44,616 nucleotides of DNA from Escherichia phage phiv205-1. The position numbers and the translations under genes are program-made. Location of the stretch: the sequence record MN340231.1. The stretch is one strand, 5' to 3'. Positions 30,392 through 39,866 of the stretch are shown here, piece by piece (the stretch's first letter is position 1; every line of letters starts with the position of its first letter). The notes beneath the pieces are model-generated. The model saw only the letters and a list, made by a program, of their open reading frames with translations. It had not been told where the DNA came from and did no database searches.

Positions 30392-30750
30392 GCGTTCTCC
30401 AGTTCGGTGATTTTTATTCCAAGCCTTCCGCCTGGTACTTTCACGCCACGAATTACGCGAATGTCATCGAATTGCTCGTCGTCTTCCGCAAATCCGGCGT
30501 GGATAAGGGAGTCGAGTAAACCTTTCAGGATGTTGTCGAGGTCGCGACGGCGGGAGTCCGGAACGTCTACGATGACTTTGATGCGGAGTCGTGATTTGGT
30601 GAAAATGTCTAACTTAAGTTGGCGGATGATTTGCTGAACGTCTTTTCGGTATTTCTGGCCTTTATCGCTGATGTAGTATTGGCTTCCCCGTCTTCGCCAG
30701 TAGGTGTTCAGCGACGGCGGGTATGGAAGCACAAACTGATATTCGTTCAT
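30388..30750 (-). CDS. rusA: Holliday junction resolvase RusA
   Basis: 120 aa; PPS.N.YWR...Y.S..G..YR and DVPDSRRRDLDN catalytic region. Confidence 0.85.
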   Translation of the reverse strand: MNEYQFVLPYPPSLNTYWRRRGSQYYISDKGQKYRKDVQQIIRQLKLDIFTKSRLRIKVIVDVPDSRRRDLDNILKGLLDSLIHAGFAEDDEQFDDIRVIRGVKVPGGRLGIKITELENA

Positions 30751-31037
30751 GGTTTAATCTTCCCCTCCTTCAGCAGTATCGCCTGCGTCCTGATCACGCC
30801 TTCGAGGTGGTAAAGTCTGGCGTCTTTGTTGTCGAGATTATGGGTGCGTCGGTCGATTTCATCGTGACACGCGCTACAAGCCCATGCGCCGATCAGGTCG
30901 TCAGGCTTCATTCCAGTTCCGCAAATTCCAGCCATCCGGTAATGTGCCAGAACTGTAGTTTCAGGATTACCATTGCATATTCCGTAAATACGTACCTGGC
31001 ATTCTCTGCCGCGTGCTTCTTTGCGTAGGTTAGCCAT
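30747..31037 (-). CDS. DUF1364/YbcO-like protein (Cys-rich, putative nuclease)
   Basis: 96 aa, Cys/His-rich; position next to rusA as in DLP12. Confidence 0.55.
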   Translation of the reverse strand: MANLRKEARGRECQVRIYGICNGNPETTVLAHYRMAGICGTGMKPDDLIGAWACSACHDEIDRRTHNLDNKDARLYHLEGVIRTQAILLKEGKIKP

Positions 31038-31306
31038 TATGGTTCACTCCAGTAATTCTCAATTGCAGCAGCCATTCTCTGCATCCACTCAGCCAGCTTT
31101 AACGCAGCTTCTCTTTCAGAACCACATTTAGGGAAATCCTTCATTTCCATGCTGGCCTTATATGTTCTGAATGCCAGGTCTCCGGTAATAACCAACTCCT
31201 GATCAAGCACCGAGCGTTTATTCCGGTGTTGAACGTAATAGACAGATTCAGTCCGCATTTCTTCTCTGTCTTTTTTGAAGGAAATAAGCTCAGAGAAATC
31301 ACTCAT
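31037..31306 (-). CDS. Hypothetical nin-region protein
   Basis: 89-aa ORF with tight coupling. Confidence 0.45.
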   Translation of the reverse strand: MSDFSELISFKKDREEMRTESVYYVQHRNKRSVLDQELVITGDLAFRTYKASMEMKDFPKCGSEREAALKLAEWMQRMAAAIENYWSEP

Positions 31307-31475
31307 CGTCTTCTTCCTCGTACATTGAGCTATTCGGATCGCTCATCAGTTCTGCGCAGCAATCGGAGCACACGTGAACTTCAAGCACATGCAGCTTCTG
31401 ACCGCAGTTAGCGCACGTTAATGCCCGCTCGACGCTTTCTTTCTGGTATTGAAGGGATTGGGATGGGCTAAGCAT
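31299..31475 (-). CDS. ninF: NinF-like protein
   Basis: 58 aa [36 protein letters not shown]...; below the ORF-track length cutoff, found by reading. Confidence 0.7.
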   Translation of the reverse strand: MLSPSQSLQYQKESVERALTCANCGQKLHVLEVHVCSDCCAELMSDPNSSMYEEEDDE

Positions 31476-31893
31476 TATTGGCGTCCTGCATCATGAGAAA
31501 TACAATCATGGCGGCGCGGAGTGGAGATTCACCGCAGAAGTAGTAGCCAGGAATATTTTCCCATTCCCAACAACCTTCCTCTAAATCACCTCCTGACCAT
31601 GCGCACCATTCTTTTTCCGCTGTCATCCACATAGTGCTGATTTTGCTTTCAGTGATAATTGGCCACGCGTATTCAGGATTATTGCAAGGATTGAAGCAAT
31701 TTCCGTTTGAAGAACGGAAGCCATTAATATCCCTTTTTTGCGTCTGCCAAATAGGACCTCTTTCGTCAGTGGGGATCTCAGAATCGAAGTCTGCTTCGTC
31801 ATCAGGTATGAAGAAATGCTCCTCCATATCTAAAGCCTCACATACTCGTCTGTTAATTTCAAAATCACTTAACTGTGAATAATCCATTGTCAT
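31468..31893 (-). CDS. Hypothetical nin-region protein
   Basis: ORF with ATGA overlap to ninE; Trp/Cys-rich. Confidence 0.45.
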   Translation of the reverse strand: MTMDYSQLSDFEINRRVCEALDMEEHFFIPDDEADFDSEIPTDERGPIWQTQKRDINGFRSSNGNCFNPCNNPEYAWPIITESKISTMWMTAEKEWCAWSGGDLEEGCWEWENIPGYYFCGESPLRAAMIVFLMMQDANNA

Positions 31894-32066
31894 TTCCTCG
31901 CACGATGTCTTAGCAACCGGATATCCCACAGGTGAGCCGTGTAGTTGAAGGTTTTTACGTCAGATTCTTTTGGGATTGGCTTGCGTTTATTTCTGGTGCG
32001 TTTCGTTGGAAGGTATTTGCAGTTTTCGCAGATGATGTCGGTGATACTTCGTCGCTGTCGCCTCAT
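31890..32066 (-). CDS. ninE: NinE-like protein
   Basis: [23 protein letters not shown]... matches lambda NinE by recall. Confidence 0.7.
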   Translation of the reverse strand: MRRQRRSITDIICENCKYLPTKRTRNKRKPIPKESDVKTFNYTAHLWDIRLLRHRARK

Positions 32067-32473
32067 TCGTACCTCCTGTCGGTAAATCTGACACCCTGAC
32101 CAATAGCCCATGCTGTTGTGTACTCGATCAGACTTGCCATACGCTTCACACTCATCTGCGCGCTGCTTTCGCGAATGTTGACGTATTCGCCTTCAAGCCC
32201 GGGCAAAACATCAGCTTCCTGTTTTGTTGCCACTGCATGACCGCTGATCAACAAAACCTTCCATTGTTCTGGTTTTAACCATTTATCGCGCCACTGAACT
32301 TGCCTAGCGATATCTGCGACCATCGCGTGAAATTTTGCGTTCTGGTCAAGGTTGCGCTTGTAGTCAGTAATGCGGATGGTGACTGGCTTGTCTTTATCGA
32401 GTGGTGTTGCGAGGATGGCATTTATTGCAGCTTGCTGTTGTTGCTTAGTTCGGAGGAAGATTGTTTGCTTCAC
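32063..32473 (-). CDS. ninB: NinB-like recombination mediator
   Basis: 136 aa; [20 protein letters not shown] motif. Confidence 0.75.
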   Translation of the reverse strand: MKQTIFLRTKQQQQAAINAILATPLDKDKPVTIRITDYKRNLDQNAKFHAMVADIARQVQWRDKWLKPEQWKVLLISGHAVATKQEADVLPGLEGEYVNIRESSAQMSVKRMASLIEYTTAWAIGQGVRFTDRRYE

Positions 32474-32484
32474 TGAATACTCCT

Positions 32485-32676
32485 TTATTTTTTATGCCTG
32501 TAACCCCATTCTTCCAGCAACCTTGCGGCGTACCACCCAAGAAACAAAGGAAAGAACATTACAATGAGATATTTCCCGCCACGGTCAATGTTCGAAATTG
32601 ACCAGATTACGATGTAACCAGTGCAGGACAGGAATATTACAAACCCCAAAAAGCTACTTCGTCGACTCATGCTCAC
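32485..32676 (-). CDS. Small hypothetical membrane protein
   Basis: 63 aa, two hydrophobic segments. Confidence 0.4.
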   Translation of the reverse strand: MSMSRRSSFLGFVIFLSCTGYIVIWSISNIDRGGKYLIVMFFPLFLGWYAARLLEEWGYRHKK

Positions 32677-33089
32677 TCCTTCACTTTGATTCCAGCGGCG
32701 CGGATAGCCTCTACATCGCTTTCGTATTGCGATTCTGCACCTGAGTCATAGCCAATGTGATAATCACCGGGAAGTGGGCCTTTCTTTGGCTTTTGCAGCT
32801 CAATTTCAATAGCTGCTCTCGATGCCTGCCACGTTTGCCAGTGGCCTTGAACATCGTCCATCACGTATTGACCACCAATATCACCACTGCCAATTTCATG
32901 GTGATTTTCAGGGTAACGGATAAGGTCTGAAGATTCGCCCCCACGTCGTAACCAACTCTCTTCAAACTGGCATCTGCTTTCGTCATCTTTCATAAGGCAG
33001 TCACATTCAATAAAAATCGGCTCTCCCCAAGGAGTAGAACCTCCGCTATCACACATTCCTGTGTTATTGCACTTTTGGCACTTGCTCAC
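32673..33089 (-). CDS. Hypothetical protein with Cys-rich N-terminus
   Basis: 138-aa ORF, tightly coupled. Confidence 0.45.
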   Translation of the reverse strand: MSKCQKCNNTGMCDSGGSTPWGEPIFIECDCLMKDDESRCQFEESWLRRGGESSDLIRYPENHHEIGSGDIGGQYVMDDVQGHWQTWQASRAAIEIELQKPKKGPLPGDYHIGYDSGAESQYESDVEAIRAAGIKVKE

Positions 33090-33101
33090 ATTAACCTCCG
33101 A

Positions 33102-33308
33102 TTAACTCACAAAACGCCACGCCACTTTTGCTACGACAACAGGCATAACACCGATAATCACCCACAGAAAAATGCTACCGAAAAGCACACCAACCAGGTC
33201 TTTACCTTCGCCTACCAACCGGACAAAACTGCTGGCAACCACAATGAACGTCGCCACCATCCACATAGCACCGAGAATCCTCAATGCAGAAAAAATCAAC
33301 TCAACCAC
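33102..33308 (-). CDS. Small hypothetical membrane protein
   Basis: 68 aa, hydrophobic. Confidence 0.4.
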   Translation of the reverse strand: MVELIFSALRILGAMWMVATFIVVASSFVRLVGEGKDLVGVLFGSIFLWVIIGVMPVVVAKVAWRFVS

Positions 33309-33383
33309 GATTTACCCTCCCCCAAATAAAAAGGCCTGCGATTACCAGCAGGCCTGTTACAAGCTCAGTGATGTAGATGGTCA

Positions 33384-34835
33384 TCAGAATCCTCCTTTCT
33401 TCTTGGACTGCGATTCCTCGCGTTCACGGCGGCGCATTTCAGCAGACTGTTGGTCTGTGTCATAAATAGCGCCATTTGCCTGAATGCAATACACCGTGCC
33501 GGTATTGCCATGACGATTGAGACGAAGGATTAGTTCGGTTTCACCAGGTGGAACACTGTCATCAAAAGCACCTTCACGATGGATCCCCACCCAATAATCG
33601 CAATCCTGTTCAATCTGCCCTGTATCTCGTGAGTCACTTGGTAATGGGCGTTTATTGGTTCGGCTTTCCAGTGCGCGGTTAAGCTGTGTCAGAAGCACAA
33701 CAACGCAATCAAGCTCTTTGGCAAGGTTCTTCAGTCCTTTGGTGATCATGCCGTAAGCAAGGTCGTTGCGATCGGCCTTCTCAGCGGTCATTAGTGTCAG
33801 GTAATCGACCAGAATCATGCCAACACATCCTTTTTCTCGCTTGATTCGACGGCTTTCGCTGACGATTTGAGCCAGAGATAATCCCGGCGTGTCGTCGATG
33901 TAAAGCAGGTCGATTTCACTCAAGCGATTGGCTGTTTCGATCGCCCTGTTGAAGTCACCATCGTAATCACCCTGATAGCCGTCATCAGCGTCATTTGTCG
34001 CCGGAAGGTAAAAAATATTCGGGTTAACACCTGACTTCTGTCCTACCAGTTTTTCCAGTATCTGGTCACCGGGCATTTCAAGGCTGAACATCAGAGCGGG
34101 CTTTTTCTCATGCACTGCGCAGTTGATTGCCATCTGGCTGTATAGCGTCGTTTTCCCCATCTTAGGGCGAGCGCCAATGACAAACAGAGAGCCTTTCACC
34201 AGGCCTTTCGGTGACAGCATCCTGTCCAGCGATGGGATCCCTGTGCTCATTCCTCGTTGTTCGCCTGACGGGTCAAATCGCTTCTCAAGGTCGCTAACCC
34301 AGTCTTCCATGACCTCACCAAATGAGCGAAGGCCGCGACGCGATCCGGTTTTTGCATGGTCTGTCAGTTGCGTGAAAATCGACTGAATAGCTTCGTACTT
34401 CTGCGTTGCAGTCATTCCGTTGCGGGAATAGAGCAATTCCGTCGCTTCAGTCATGCGGTTGATGGCGTAGCGTTCCATTGCGGTTTCACGAACCTGCATT
34501 GCATAGGCAACGATGTTTGCTGCGCTTGGCGTGTTCTTTGCGATCTCAGCGATATAAGCAAAACCGCCAACAGACACCGTTAACGATTTACGCTCCAGTT
34601 CATCGAAAAGCGTCAGGCCATCTACTGGCTTTTGCTCACGGTGCATTCTGGTTATTTCTTCGAAAATGATTTTGTGTGGTCGGCTGTAAAATGAATCAGG
34701 CTTCAGCATCGCCAGGACTTTCTGGACGCGCTCACTGCTGTCATCATCCAGAAGCAATCCACCAATCACCGCCTGCTCTGCCTCGATACTATGGGGCGGC
34801 GCATAAAAATTATCGGTCATCGTGTTCACCCTCAC
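33384..34835 (-). CDS. Replicative DNA helicase, DnaB family (P22 gp12-like)
   Basis: Walker A GARPKMGKT, DnaB N-terminal motif HSIEAEQAVIGGLLLD; start may be ATG 34820. Confidence 0.9.
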   Translation of the reverse strand: MRVNTMTDNFYAPPHSIEAEQAVIGGLLLDDDSSERVQKVLAMLKPDSFYSRPHKIIFEEITRMHREQKPVDGLTLFDELERKSLTVSVGGFAYIAEIAKNTPSAANIVAYAMQVRETAMERYAINRMTEATELLYSRNGMTATQKYEAIQSIFTQLTDHAKTGSRRGLRSFGEVMEDWVSDLEKRFDPSGEQRGMSTGIPSLDRMLSPKGLVKGSLFVIGARPKMGKTTLYSQMAINCAVHEKKPALMFSLEMPGDQILEKLVGQKSGVNPNIFYLPATNDADDGYQGDYDGDFNRAIETANRLSEIDLLYIDDTPGLSLAQIVSESRRIKREKGCVGMILVDYLTLMTAEKADRNDLAYGMITKGLKNLAKELDCVVVLLTQLNRALESRTNKRPLPSDSRDTGQIEQDCDYWVGIHREGAFDDSVPPGETELILRLNRHGNTGTVYCIQANGAIYDTDQQSAEMRRREREESQSKKKGGF

Positions 34836-35709
34836 GAACTTTCAGGTAGGTATTATCGTTAAGCAGGAAATCAAATCCCTTTTTGTGCCAGACGGTTCCG
34901 CGTTGATGGTTTGGGCGCTCTTCGAACATCCATCGGCAATTTTCGCCTACGTAGCTCAAATAATTTCTCCAGTCCTGCATCGTGAACCCATGCCCGTCAA
35001 GCTGGCGGGTTATCACTCCGGCTTTGCGCCAGAACGTTCGGATCTGGTTTTTACGCTTGTCATTCAGTGCGCGGATTCTTGGCGCTTCAGGAAGGATTTC
35101 GTGGTAAGCATCGACAACATCCTGACAGCTAACGGAAGGTTTTTTCTTGTCAGACTTTTTGTCTGCTGCGGTACTCTCTAATACGTCAGTATTAGAGATA
35201 ATATTATTATATTCTTTATCTGTGGTAATTTGCTGGTAATCTGCTGGTACAGTATTGCTTGCAGGCATTGGTATTGCTGGCTTTGAGGTGGTAATTTGCT
35301 GGTAATCTGCTGGTACAAAATTTGACTGATAATCGTCATATTTCTCTACCGAGAAAACTGAGAATTTACCGTGTGAAACCCAGTCAATCATGCCGAGTTT
35401 TTTGAACTTTCTAAGCAGGTACTGAACGCGATCTGGTTTGAGTCCTGTTTCAAACGCCAGAGAGTTTCTACCGCCAAGTAGCTTCCCTCTGCCTACCAGA
35501 ATTTCTCCTGCGTCAGTCATTACATACTCAGGCGTATGCTTTGCTTTGAGGATTAAGTGAACCCACAGATGCGCTGCTTCTGCGTCCTTGTAAAACGGCA
35601 CATCCATAATTTTACGGTGCAGCAAGGCATACCCCTTACCGCTGCTTTGATGCGGTTGTTGTAGCCTTCTGGCCTCTCTGGCTTCGGCTAGATTAGATAT
35701 GTTACTCAT
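34810..35709 (-). CDS. Replication initiation protein (O/gp18-like), contains origin iterons
   Basis: 299 aa; repeated PADYQQITT peptide encoded by direct DNA repeats; position upstream of helicase. Confidence 0.75.
   Translation of the reverse strand: MSNISNLAEAREARRLQQPHQSSGKGYALLHRKIMDVPFYKDAEAAHLWVHLILKAKHTPEYVMTDAGEILVGRGKLLGGRNSLAFETGLKPDRVQYLLRKFKKLGMIDWVSHGKFSVFSVEKYDDYQSNFVPADYQQITTSKPAIPMPASNTVPADYQQITTDKEYNNIISNTDVLESTAADKKSDKKKPSVSCQDVVDAYHEILPEAPRIRALNDKRKNQIRTFWRKAGVITRQLDGHGFTMQDWRNYLSYVGENCRWMFEERPNHQRGTVWHKKGFDFLLNDNTYLKVREGEHDDR
35222..35317. repeat. Origin-like iterons: two 30-bp direct repeats (gtggtaatttgctggtaatctgctggtaca) with internal sub-repeats
   Basis: Exact copies at 35222..35251 and 35288..35317 inside the O-like gene, as in the lambda ori. 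Confidence 0.6.
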
Positions 35710-35848
35710 GACCTTTCTCCTTCTGCATCAGCTTCACTTTTTCCAACTCAGCCCGGAATCGACCAGGCTGCTTGAAGCTGGACAGGAAGCGATCACGTAG
35801 TATGTGTTTGTGAATTTTGTCCTGGTAAGGACTGAGTTGTTTTGTCAT
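35702..35848 (-). CDS. Small hypothetical protein between cII-like and O-like genes
   Basis: 48-aa ORF overlapping O start (ATGAGTAA); below the ORF-track cutoff. Confidence 0.4.
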   Translation of the reverse strand: MTKQLSPYQDKIHKHILRDRFLSSFKQPGRFRAELEKVKLMQKEKGHE

Positions 35849-35880
35849 AATGACTCCTGTGGATTGATCCAGTAATTCCC

Positions 35881-36177
35881 TCAGAATTGCATATCAATTT
35901 GCTTAAAATCCTCGGTGGCGGCCGGGGATTTTTTCTTTGTGATTTCATCAAGCGCATACTTAAAAGCCCTGCTAATCGGACTGATGTCTGATGCCATTCC
36001 GAAAGCACACAAGACCGAAGCAATAAATCTCCAGTCCGTTCTGCTTATCTTCGATTCATGACAGCCAGTCATCTTTGCCAGACCGCGCTGGGTAAGCGTT
36101 GACAGGTTGATGAGTAAATCAGTTTCAGCGCGATCAATTTCTCGCTGTGTTGGCTTGCTGTAGCTTGCTTGTGCCAT
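35881..36177 (-). CDS. CII-family transcriptional activator (P22 C1-like)
   Basis: 98 aa; HTH and C-terminus [18 protein letters not shown] resembling lambda CII. Confidence 0.8.
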   Translation of the reverse strand: MAQASYSKPTQREIDRAETDLLINLSTLTQRGLAKMTGCHESKISRTDWRFIASVLCAFGMASDISPISRAFKYALDEITKKKSPAATEDFKQIDMQF

Positions 36178-36292
36178 TTGTTAATTTTCCTATATTGATA
36201 TTGAGTTATAGCGGCACACCCAATGGATTTGCCGCTGATGTTTGCTCACCCGGTTAGAGGTGAAAGGCCAGAACTGTTAAAGAGCAATTTGC

Positions 36293-36478
36293 TTATGCCG
36301 CTTGGCGGTAAGCACTTTCTTGATACTTCAGGGCGCCAGCTGTAACGATTTCCAATCGATAGGCGTCTTTCTCTGGGATAACTTCTTTCCACTGAGAGAC
36401 TGCTGCATCGCTAATGCCTAGTGCTTTAGCAACAGCACGCTGGGTTCCGAAGTGGTCAATAACATCTTTTTTGTACAT
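36293..36478 (-). CDS. cro: Cro repressor (P22 type)
   Basis: 61 aa, near-identical to P22 Cro by recall. Confidence 0.9.
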   Translation of the reverse strand: MYKKDVIDHFGTQRAVAKALGISDAAVSQWKEVIPEKDAYRLEIVTAGALKYQESAYRQAA

Positions 36479-36558
36479 AGACTCGCTCCGAAATTAAAGA
36501 ACACTTAAATTATCCACCAAAGGAATCTTAAGTCAAGTTTATTTAAGATGTCTTAACT
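36479..36558. promoter_or_regulatory. OR/PR/PRM region with P22-type operator sites
   Basis: Palindromic sites attaaagaacacttaaat and atttaagatgtcttaact; TTGACT-18-TAATTT toward cro. Confidence 0.65.
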
Positions 36559-37209
36559 ATGAATACACAACTGATGGGTGAGCGTATTCGCGCTCGCAGA
36601 AAAGAACTCAAGATTAGGCAGGCTGCCCTTGGCAAGATGGTTGGCGTGTCTAATGTTGCTATTTCCCAATGGGAGCGATCTGAAACTGAGCCCAATGGCG
36701 AAAACCTATTGGCCTTAGCCAAGGCTTTGCAGTGCTCCCCTGATTACCTGTTGAAAGGAGAGGATAGTCTTTCAAACATTGCCTATCACAGCAGGCATGA
36801 TCCAAGAGGTTCGTATCCTCTAATTAGTTGGGTAAGCGCAGGATGTTGGATGGAAGCTGTAGAGCCATATCATAGGCGTGCAATAGATAACTGGTACGAC
36901 ACAACGGTAGATTGTTCTGAAGACTCTTTTTGGCTCGACGTTAAAGGCGATTCAATGACTGCCCCGGCAGGACTGAGTATTCCTGAGGGGATGATTATTC
37001 TCGTCGACCCAGAAGTCGAACCACGTAATGGAAAGCTGGTAGTCGCCAAACTTGAAGGGGAAAACGAGGCGACATTCAAAAAGTTAGTTATTGATGCCGG
37101 TAGAAAATTCCTGAAACCACTCAATCCACAATACCCAATGATTGAAATCAATGGGAACTGTAAAATCATTGGCGTTGTCGTTGATGCCAAGCTAGCAAAC
37201 CTTCCTTAA
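36559..37209 (+). CDS. c2: Prophage repressor C2 (P22 type; HTH plus S24 peptidase-like domain)
   Basis: 216 aa, near-identical to P22 C2 by recall. Confidence 0.95.
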   Translation: MNTQLMGERIRARRKELKIRQAALGKMVGVSNVAISQWERSETEPNGENLLALAKALQCSPDYLLKGEDSLSNIAYHSRHDPRGSYPLISWVSAGCWMEAVEPYHRRAIDNWYDTTVDCSEDSFWLDVKGDSMTAPAGLSIPEGMIILVDPEVEPRNGKLVVAKLEGENEATFKKLVIDAGRKFLKPLNPQYPMIEINGNCKIIGVVVDAKLANLP

Positions 37210-37230
37210 GGGGCTTTCGCCCCTTTTTTA
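37210..37230 (+). terminator. Rho-independent terminator after c2
   Basis: ggggc-tttc-gcccc followed by T6. Confidence 0.55.
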
Positions 37231-37298
37231 TTTCCCGTTAAAAATCAAAGACAAACTAAATTCACGCCCATAAAATTAAGTTTTCTTCAAAAATGCAC

Positions 37299-37328
37299 TT
37301 GACCAATAAATTAAGAAGTCTTAAATTT
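37299..37328 (+). promoter_or_regulatory. PL/OL-like region
   Basis: TTGACC-16-TTAAAT with overlapping palindrome aaattaagaagtcttaaattt. Confidence 0.5.
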
Positions 37329-37372
37329 AAGCCATCAGCAGGACGCTGGAAGCCAAACGGAACAGATTGGCA

Positions 37373-37412
37373 GGCTCTTTAACATCGACGGACTCTCAAC
37401 CTAACCGTTGAG
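37373..37412 (+). promoter_or_regulatory. Candidate nutL (boxA-like plus hairpin)
   Basis: gctctttaa boxA-like; hairpin ctcaac-ctaacc-gttgag; atypical loop, so tentative. Confidence 0.3.
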
Positions 37413-37523
37413 ACCAGAACTTGAGTGGTTTTGGGGATGGCGCGAATTGCAGCTGCAAGACAGCGATCGAGAAGATAAGCACCTCGACGCGTCATGCGCC
37501 AAAGCCACTTAAAGGAGACCATC

Positions 37524-37823
37524 ATGGTAACCATTGTCTGGAAAGAATCCAAAGGTACGGCAAAAAGCCGCTACAAAGCTCGCAGAGCAGAACTTATTGC
37601 CGAGCGACGCAGTAATGAAGCACTGGCGCGAAAAATTGCGCTAAAGCTCTCTGGTTGCGTCAGAGCAGATAAAGCAGCATCACTCGGAAGCCTTCGCTGC
37701 AAGAAGGCAGAAGAAGTCGAGCGTAAACAGAACCGTATTTACTACCGCAAGCCACGCAGTGAAATGGGTGTGACTTGTGTTGGTCGCCAGAAAATGAAAT
37801 TAGGCAGTAAGCCACTTATTTGA
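37524..37823 (+). CDS. N: N-like transcription antiterminator
   Basis: Arginine-rich motif KSRYKARRAELIAERR; C-terminus RKQNRIYYRKP...TCVGRQKMKLGSKPLI resembles lambda N; AAGGAG Shine-Dalgarno. Confidence 0.8.
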   Translation: MVTIVWKESKGTAKSRYKARRAELIAERRSNEALARKIALKLSGCVRADKAASLGSLRCKKAEEVERKQNRIYYRKPRSEMGVTCVGRQKMKLGSKPLI

Positions 37824-37831
37824 GGTGAGAT

Positions 37832-38275
37832 ATGAGTACTAATGGATGGTATTACCTGCATCAAAATGGTGATCTTATTTATAAGCCATCACCAGATGCA
37901 ATTATTGATATTCGTGATTCTGATTTAGCGGTTTGCTCATGGCCATTAGATGTTAGCAGCCGTAAAACTGCATGGGACATTCTGGTTGAGTCCATGGCTC
38001 TTGGTGCCAACAAAGAGCGCGTTAATGAGCTGGCTGGCAAATGGAATTGCAATGATGATGACGCTGATAAATATGCAGAGGTCGTTGGCGTGACAATCGA
38101 GTTAGATGGAAACGCTTGGTGTGCACACGCTCATAATTTTGTTGATTTACAGGAATCTCCTGCTGGATTCGGCAATACCAAACTTGAGACGATGGCTTCT
38201 CTTGCTAAGCAACTTGGTTTATCAGGCGGCCACATGTGGAGAAGTTCATTTTCTGATTTGGTTGAGGCCGCATAG
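37832..38275 (+). CDS. Hypothetical protein (147 aa), first gene after N in the PL operon
   Basis: Good Shine-Dalgarno GAGGTGA; followed by terminator; no family recognised. Confidence 0.5.
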   Translation: MSTNGWYYLHQNGDLIYKPSPDAIIDIRDSDLAVCSWPLDVSSRKTAWDILVESMALGANKERVNELAGKWNCNDDDADKYAEVVGVTIELDGNAWCAHAHNFVDLQESPAGFGNTKLETMASLAKQLGLSGGHMWRSSFSDLVEAA

Positions 38276-38290
38276 TCGGCCTTTATTTTT
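38266..38290 (+). terminator. Rho-independent terminator
   Basis: ggccg-catagt-cggcc followed by TTTATTTTT. Confidence 0.5.
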
Positions 38291-38449
38291 GGCATAAATA
38301 ACAGAATAAACACTGCACTGTGTATTCATTCCAACGAGTGAATACACGGAGCAATGTCGCTCGTAACTAGACAGGAGCCGACTTGTTCTGATTATTGGAA
38401 ATCTTCTTTGCCCTCCAGTGTGAGGGCAATTTTTTTTGATGGAGGATAT

Positions 38450-38539
38450 ATGAGTGAAGTAACAGATTTAGTTGTTATTGAAAAATCAAATGCAATGACT
38501 GTATTTCAGTCTGCCGACCAGATTGAAGAAATCCTTTAA
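38450..38539 (+). CDS. 29-codon ORF with strong Shine-Dalgarno, in frame with the downstream ER/K-rich gene and separated from it by a single TAA
   Basis: GGAGGA 5 nt before ATG 38450; TAA at 38537..38539; same frame as 38558..39418. Confidence 0.35.
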   Translation: MSEVTDLVVIEKSNAMTVFQSADQIEEIL

Positions 38540-38557
38540 AAGGTTGAACGTGAAGTT

Positions 38558-39418
38558 ATGTCCTTTGTGCCTGATATCACAACGGCAAAGGGCAGAAAGG
38601 AGATCGCTTCTCTGGCGTATAAAGTTGCGCAGACGAAAACATATCTCGATGGTCTTGGCAAAGACCTTGTTGCTGAACTGAAGGAAATTCCAAAGCTAAT
38701 TGATGCCAACCGCAAGACAGTGCGCGATCGCCTTGATGAACTGAAAGCCAAGGCGCGCCAGCCTCTTACTGATTATGAGGAAGAACAGGCGCGGATTAAA
38801 GCCGAAGAAGAAGCTAAGGCAGCAGCTGAAGCTCTCGCAAAGCAAATTGAGTCTGACCATGAAATAGCGATTTTGATGGATCGCGAATTTGACCGCCAAA
38901 GAGAAGAGGCAAGACTCAAAGCGGAGCAGGAAAAGCGAGAGCATGAAGAACGATTAAAAAGAGAAGCTGAAGAGAAAGCCAGAGCAGAAGCCGAAGCAAA
39001 GGCAAAAGCCGAAATTGAAGCAGCAGCAAGGCGAGAAGCAGAAGCTAAGGCCGCAGCGGAACGTGCAGAGCGTGAACGCATTGAAGCCGAGCAACGAGCA
39101 CAGCGCGAAGCAAAAGAGGCAGCAGAACGAGCTGAAAGAGAAAAGCAGGCAGCAATTGAAGCAGAACGCAGAAAAGCACAGGAGGAGGCTGAACGAATCC
39201 GTCGCGAGGCTGAAGCAAAAGAGCAAGCCAGAATAGCAGAAGAAAAAAGAATCAAGGACGAAGAAGAGCGTAGAGCAAAGGATAAAGCTCACCGGAAAGA
39301 AGTAAATAACAAAATACTTGCTGACCTTATCAAGGTTGGCGCATCAGAAGATGTTGCTAAAAATATCATAACAGCCATCGTAAAAGGCGAAGTATTCGCA
39401 ACAAAAATAACCTACTAA
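38558..39418 (+). CDS. ER/K-rich charged-helix (single-alpha-helix-like) phage protein
   Basis: 286 aa; about 170 residues of E/R/K/A-rich low-complexity sequence flanked by ordinary termini; weak Shine-Dalgarno at its own ATG. Confidence 0.55.
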   Translation: MSFVPDITTAKGRKEIASLAYKVAQTKTYLDGLGKDLVAELKEIPKLIDANRKTVRDRLDELKAKARQPLTDYEEEQARIKAEEEAKAAAEALAKQIESDHEIAILMDREFDRQREEARLKAEQEKREHEERLKREAEEKARAEAEAKAKAEIEAAARREAEAKAAAERAERERIEAEQRAQREAKEAAERAEREKQAAIEAERRKAQEEAERIRREAEAKEQARIAEEKRIKDEEERRAKDKAHRKEVNNKILADLIKVGASEDVAKNIITAIVKGEVFATKITY

Positions 39419-39441
39419 TAAAACCAACATAAGGAACCACC

Positions 39442-39573
39442 CATGATTTACGCAATCGCGGGAGGCGCTCGCATGGGTGCCTTCCAACTAAATGAATCTT
39501 TACTTGAACGAATCACCCGTAAATTACGTGACGGATGGAAAAGAGTTGAGGTCTTATTATGCGCAATGAAATA
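39442..39573 (+). CDS. Small hypothetical ORF (43 aa)
   Basis: AAGGA Shine-Dalgarno; below track cutoff; frame continues open after its TAG for another 45 codons. Confidence 0.3.
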
Positions 39574-39707
39574 GCCATCAATCACCAGATGCTTCGTGCT
39601 GCACAGAACAAAGCAGTAATAGCCAGATTTATTGGTGATTCCAAAATGTGGCTTGAAGCAAATAAAGCGATGAAATCAGCTATCAACCTTCCGTGGTATC
39701 GCAGGAA

Positions 39708-39866
39708 ATGAGTTTTACAGATAACTGGTCAGACGAAGAATTCATTCGTCAGATTAAAGAATTAATCGGTAACGAAGGAGATATTCATGTCACTTGCAAC
39801 CACAGTGAAGGAGAGCAAGTTACAGAGACGCATGTACACGCAGAAAGCTCTCTGGTATCGCCATAA
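39708..39866 (+). CDS. Small hypothetical ORF (52 aa)
   Basis: ATG with AGGA Shine-Dalgarno; overlaps an alternative-frame ORF 39786..39956. Confidence 0.3.
   Translation: MSFTDNWSDEEFIRQIKELIGNEGDIHVTCNHSEGEQVTETHVHAESSLVSP

Noticed and set aside
38696..39292. Minus-strand ORFs encoding Ser/Ala-rich (38773..39255) and Cys/Phe-rich (38954..39292) low-complexity proteins
   Set aside because: Mirror images of the GAA/GCA-rich ER/K coding repeat on the plus strand; no start signals.
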